DNA of 64,000 nucleotides from Hypanus sabinus. Lineage: Eukaryota. Every line of letters begins with the position of its first letter. The stretch's first letter is position 1. The stretch lies in NCBI RefSeq assembly GCF_030144855.1, contig NC_082714.1:48670001-48734000 (forward strand), given 5' to 3'. This document shows positions 61,408-64,000 of this stretch, piece after piece. A program made the translations under genes and the position numbers. The notes under the pieces were generated by a model. The model had not been told where the DNA came from, made no database searches, and saw nothing but the letters and a program-made list of their open reading frames with translations.

Positions 61408-64000
61408 ATCTATAACCTGCATCCTTCACCACCTTCAGAAATGCAATGAAAACATGTATTATCAATATCTACAATGTGTTGTTTCTTTAAAGAATTTGTG
61501 TAATATCAAGTTCAAGTCATACTAATGTAAAGGTGGCATTTATGGTCATTTTCTTCAAAAGTTGGAAATTATTTGTAAGCATTCTTTTTGCTACAATAAA
61601 GAAAGAACATTTCTCTCACAGAGGTAAATTCTTCATCTCTAGAGAATGAATATTAAAATATCTTTGACTTGGTCAATGTTGAGATGAACAATGATTTGGT
61701 GTTAAAAAGCAGACGTTGTGCACAAGTAGGACCTTTCGCTGTCCCAGCACAGGTCAAAGCATATTTCATCTGCTGAAGTAATTTAGAAATAAACTAACTG
61801 ATGTAACTTGGGGTAAAGTAGCAGCCAAATTCTTACTTTTATTCTCATTTCATAACAAGGTTTCTGCCCAGTGACACACTGTCTGTTCTCAGAGTAATTC
61901 CAAAGCTCTTAGATTTTCTGTACCCACATAATCCATTAACACCTCCCCATTCTCCCATCACCATCACACCTTAGACCATTTTTGTACAACAGTAGCACAT
62001 AGTTTAGATGAATTATAAAAGGATTGTCCATACAGAGCAATGATTTAATTATTCATCAGTGGGCCTTTTTTAAAAGAGATTTGATGACTGGGATAACACC
62101 CACACTTCTGCTTAGAAAATGTATTATAGTATACAAAATAGAATAAAGTAATACAATTTTTAGTTTAAAACAACAGGGGCAGAGAATGAAAATTCTCTGC
62201 TACTTTAACAACTGTCTACTTTAAAATGAGGAAAATGTCCACAATAGCTTTGGTTGTTGTTTTTCACACTCAGACCAACATGGGCAGATCATTGTGAGAC
62301 ACTGTCACATTTCATTGCTGAAAACATCACTTACGTCAAAAGTAAACAGAGGCCTGTCTGAATTATCAGAAATATTTCATTAAAATTAGAAATGCTCATC
62401 TGTTGCTGCAACAGGATGTGAAGCGGAGGTGGAGCAAAGCTGGTACATTTATGTTCAAAATGTGGGAGTTCAACTCTCGCTTCCATTTAACACATCCATC
62501 CATTATATTCAGCTCTAGGTTCCAGGAATGGAGGAGATGCATTTGTGGTTCTTTCTTCCACTTGTCACCCTTCACAATCTGATCTTCTCACCTACAGAGA
62601 GCTAAACCCTATCTCGTGAGCACTGCCATTCACTGTGGCCCCCCCATCAGATATAAAGTGAAAACAAATTGAGTGTTTATTTCCAGATCACCAGCTGTAG
62701 CAGTGTAAAGGTGCTCTCTGCCACAGAAAGCACCAGCATCTACATTAATGGTCATCACTACACATTGTCACAATTCACAAGCTCCTGATTTCAGAGTTCC
62801 ATGTGGTTCATCTGCTCGAGGATGTGCTTTGGTTTAAAGACTATTTTTAATATACTATAAAAATGTGCTGGCACAGTAGCTTAGTATTTAATGCCATCAC
62901 TTTACATCCCGGGCTGTAAGATTTGGGTTTGATTCCCCCCCCACCTCTCTGTCTGCAAGATGTTTGCACGTTCTCCTCGAGACTGAGTGCATTTCCTCCA
63001 GGTGTTCTGGCTTCCTCTCTCATTCTAGACCTTTGCTTTAGGGTTAGTCAATTGTGGGCATGCCATATTGGTACCAGAACCTTGGTGATCCTTGTGGGCT
63101 GTCCAGTATAATCCTTGCTGGTTTGATTTGTCGTGAATGAGACCTTTCACTGAATGTTTCAATGTGCATGTGACAAATAAAGCTAAGTTTTTAAAAATTG
63201 ATTTCAGAGGCAGGAAATACCATGGAATGAATACACCTGGTTGTTCTTCGGTGCCAGAAATGACTGCTGGTGTAGAACAGAGGGCAAGTACTGACAGTGG
63301 TCATCTGGACACCCTGCCTGTGAGTACGATGTAAATCAGACAGTAGTCAGCATAAGATCCTGCACTGTCTCAGGATTGTGAGTAAATCAGGAAAGGGTGA
63401 CCCATGGAGAAAGAGCCACAATTACAACCTCTCTATTCCCAGAACTTAAGAGTTGAATGTAAAGGATGGATGTGATGTGTTTTGTGGGAGCTGGCGATGA
63501 CATTCGTGCTTTGTAAATAAATGTACCAGCCATAGCCAGGAATTGATAGAATTAAGTGTTTGAACATTGAATGAGAAGTCTGCGTTTACACTAAATGTGA
63601 TATAAAAAACAAACTTCAACTGCTATTGCCTTAACCTTCTCTCTTATCTCCTCTGTTGTCAAACAGGAGAATCAAAAGCCTGAAAGTGGGTATCTCTAGG
63701 ATCAAGGATAGTTTCTATTCCATTTGTTATACGACTATAAAAGACTACAAGAATAATGATGAACGCAGCTCAGTCCATCACAGGTGAAGCCCTCCCCTCC
63801 ATTCAACACATCAACATGGCACACTGCTGTAGTAAAGCTGCATCCATCATCCGGGACCCCAGCCCACCCAAATCCTGCTCTCTTCTCCCTGCTGCTTTCA
63901 GGAAAAAGATAGTCTTTTGAACTAATGAAAATAATTTAATTCAACTTGCTTTTCCCCATCACTAAACTGTTTCCACAACCTTTGGACTCACTTTCAAGGA

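Larger units (their letters stand above)
47903..64000 (+). repeat. Segmental duplication unit 2 (alpha2-beta2 and flanks; runs off the window)
   Basis: Paralog of 3946-23290. Similarity continues to the last base of the window. Confidence 0.9.

Noticed and set aside
47903-64000. Unit 2 as an uncollapsed haplotype of unit 1
   Set aside because: 10 and 18 aa differences, diverged introns and many unit-specific TE insertions exceed allelic variation.

Overview
Vertebrate genomic DNA, most likely from a batoid cartilaginous fish (a stingray or relative). This rests on my recall of red stingray haemoglobin chains and on the repeat content. The window holds a haemoglobin cluster of four intact three-exon genes, all on the + strand in the order alpha1 (4635-5534), beta1 (19317-20667), alpha2 (48571-49413), beta2 (60151-61407). 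Each encodes 142 aa and has canonical globin intron positions. The two alpha-beta pairs are copies of one tandem segmental duplication (about 3.9-23.3 kb versus about 47.9-64.0 kb and beyond). They are separated by about 24 kb of mostly transposon-derived DNA that includes a 168-N gap and a 4.1-kb minisatellite of 77 x 53 bp born inside a Penelope-like RT gene. Most other long ORFs in the track are decayed CR1, Rex1/Babar-like, L1/Tx1, Penelope-like or hAT remnants; the rest are short chance ORFs. I found no wholly new biological system. The best leads are: (i) two isoHb pairs that differ systematically in histidine content and charge, with divergent promoters; (ii) patchy gene conversion between the duplicates, including a 262-bp tract with only 2 differences; (iii) paralog-specific solo LTRs next to the globin genes, plus a 25-bp exact copy of one LTR's TATA box inserted 1.1 kb away; (iv) the retroelement-derived minisatellite with higher-order structure.
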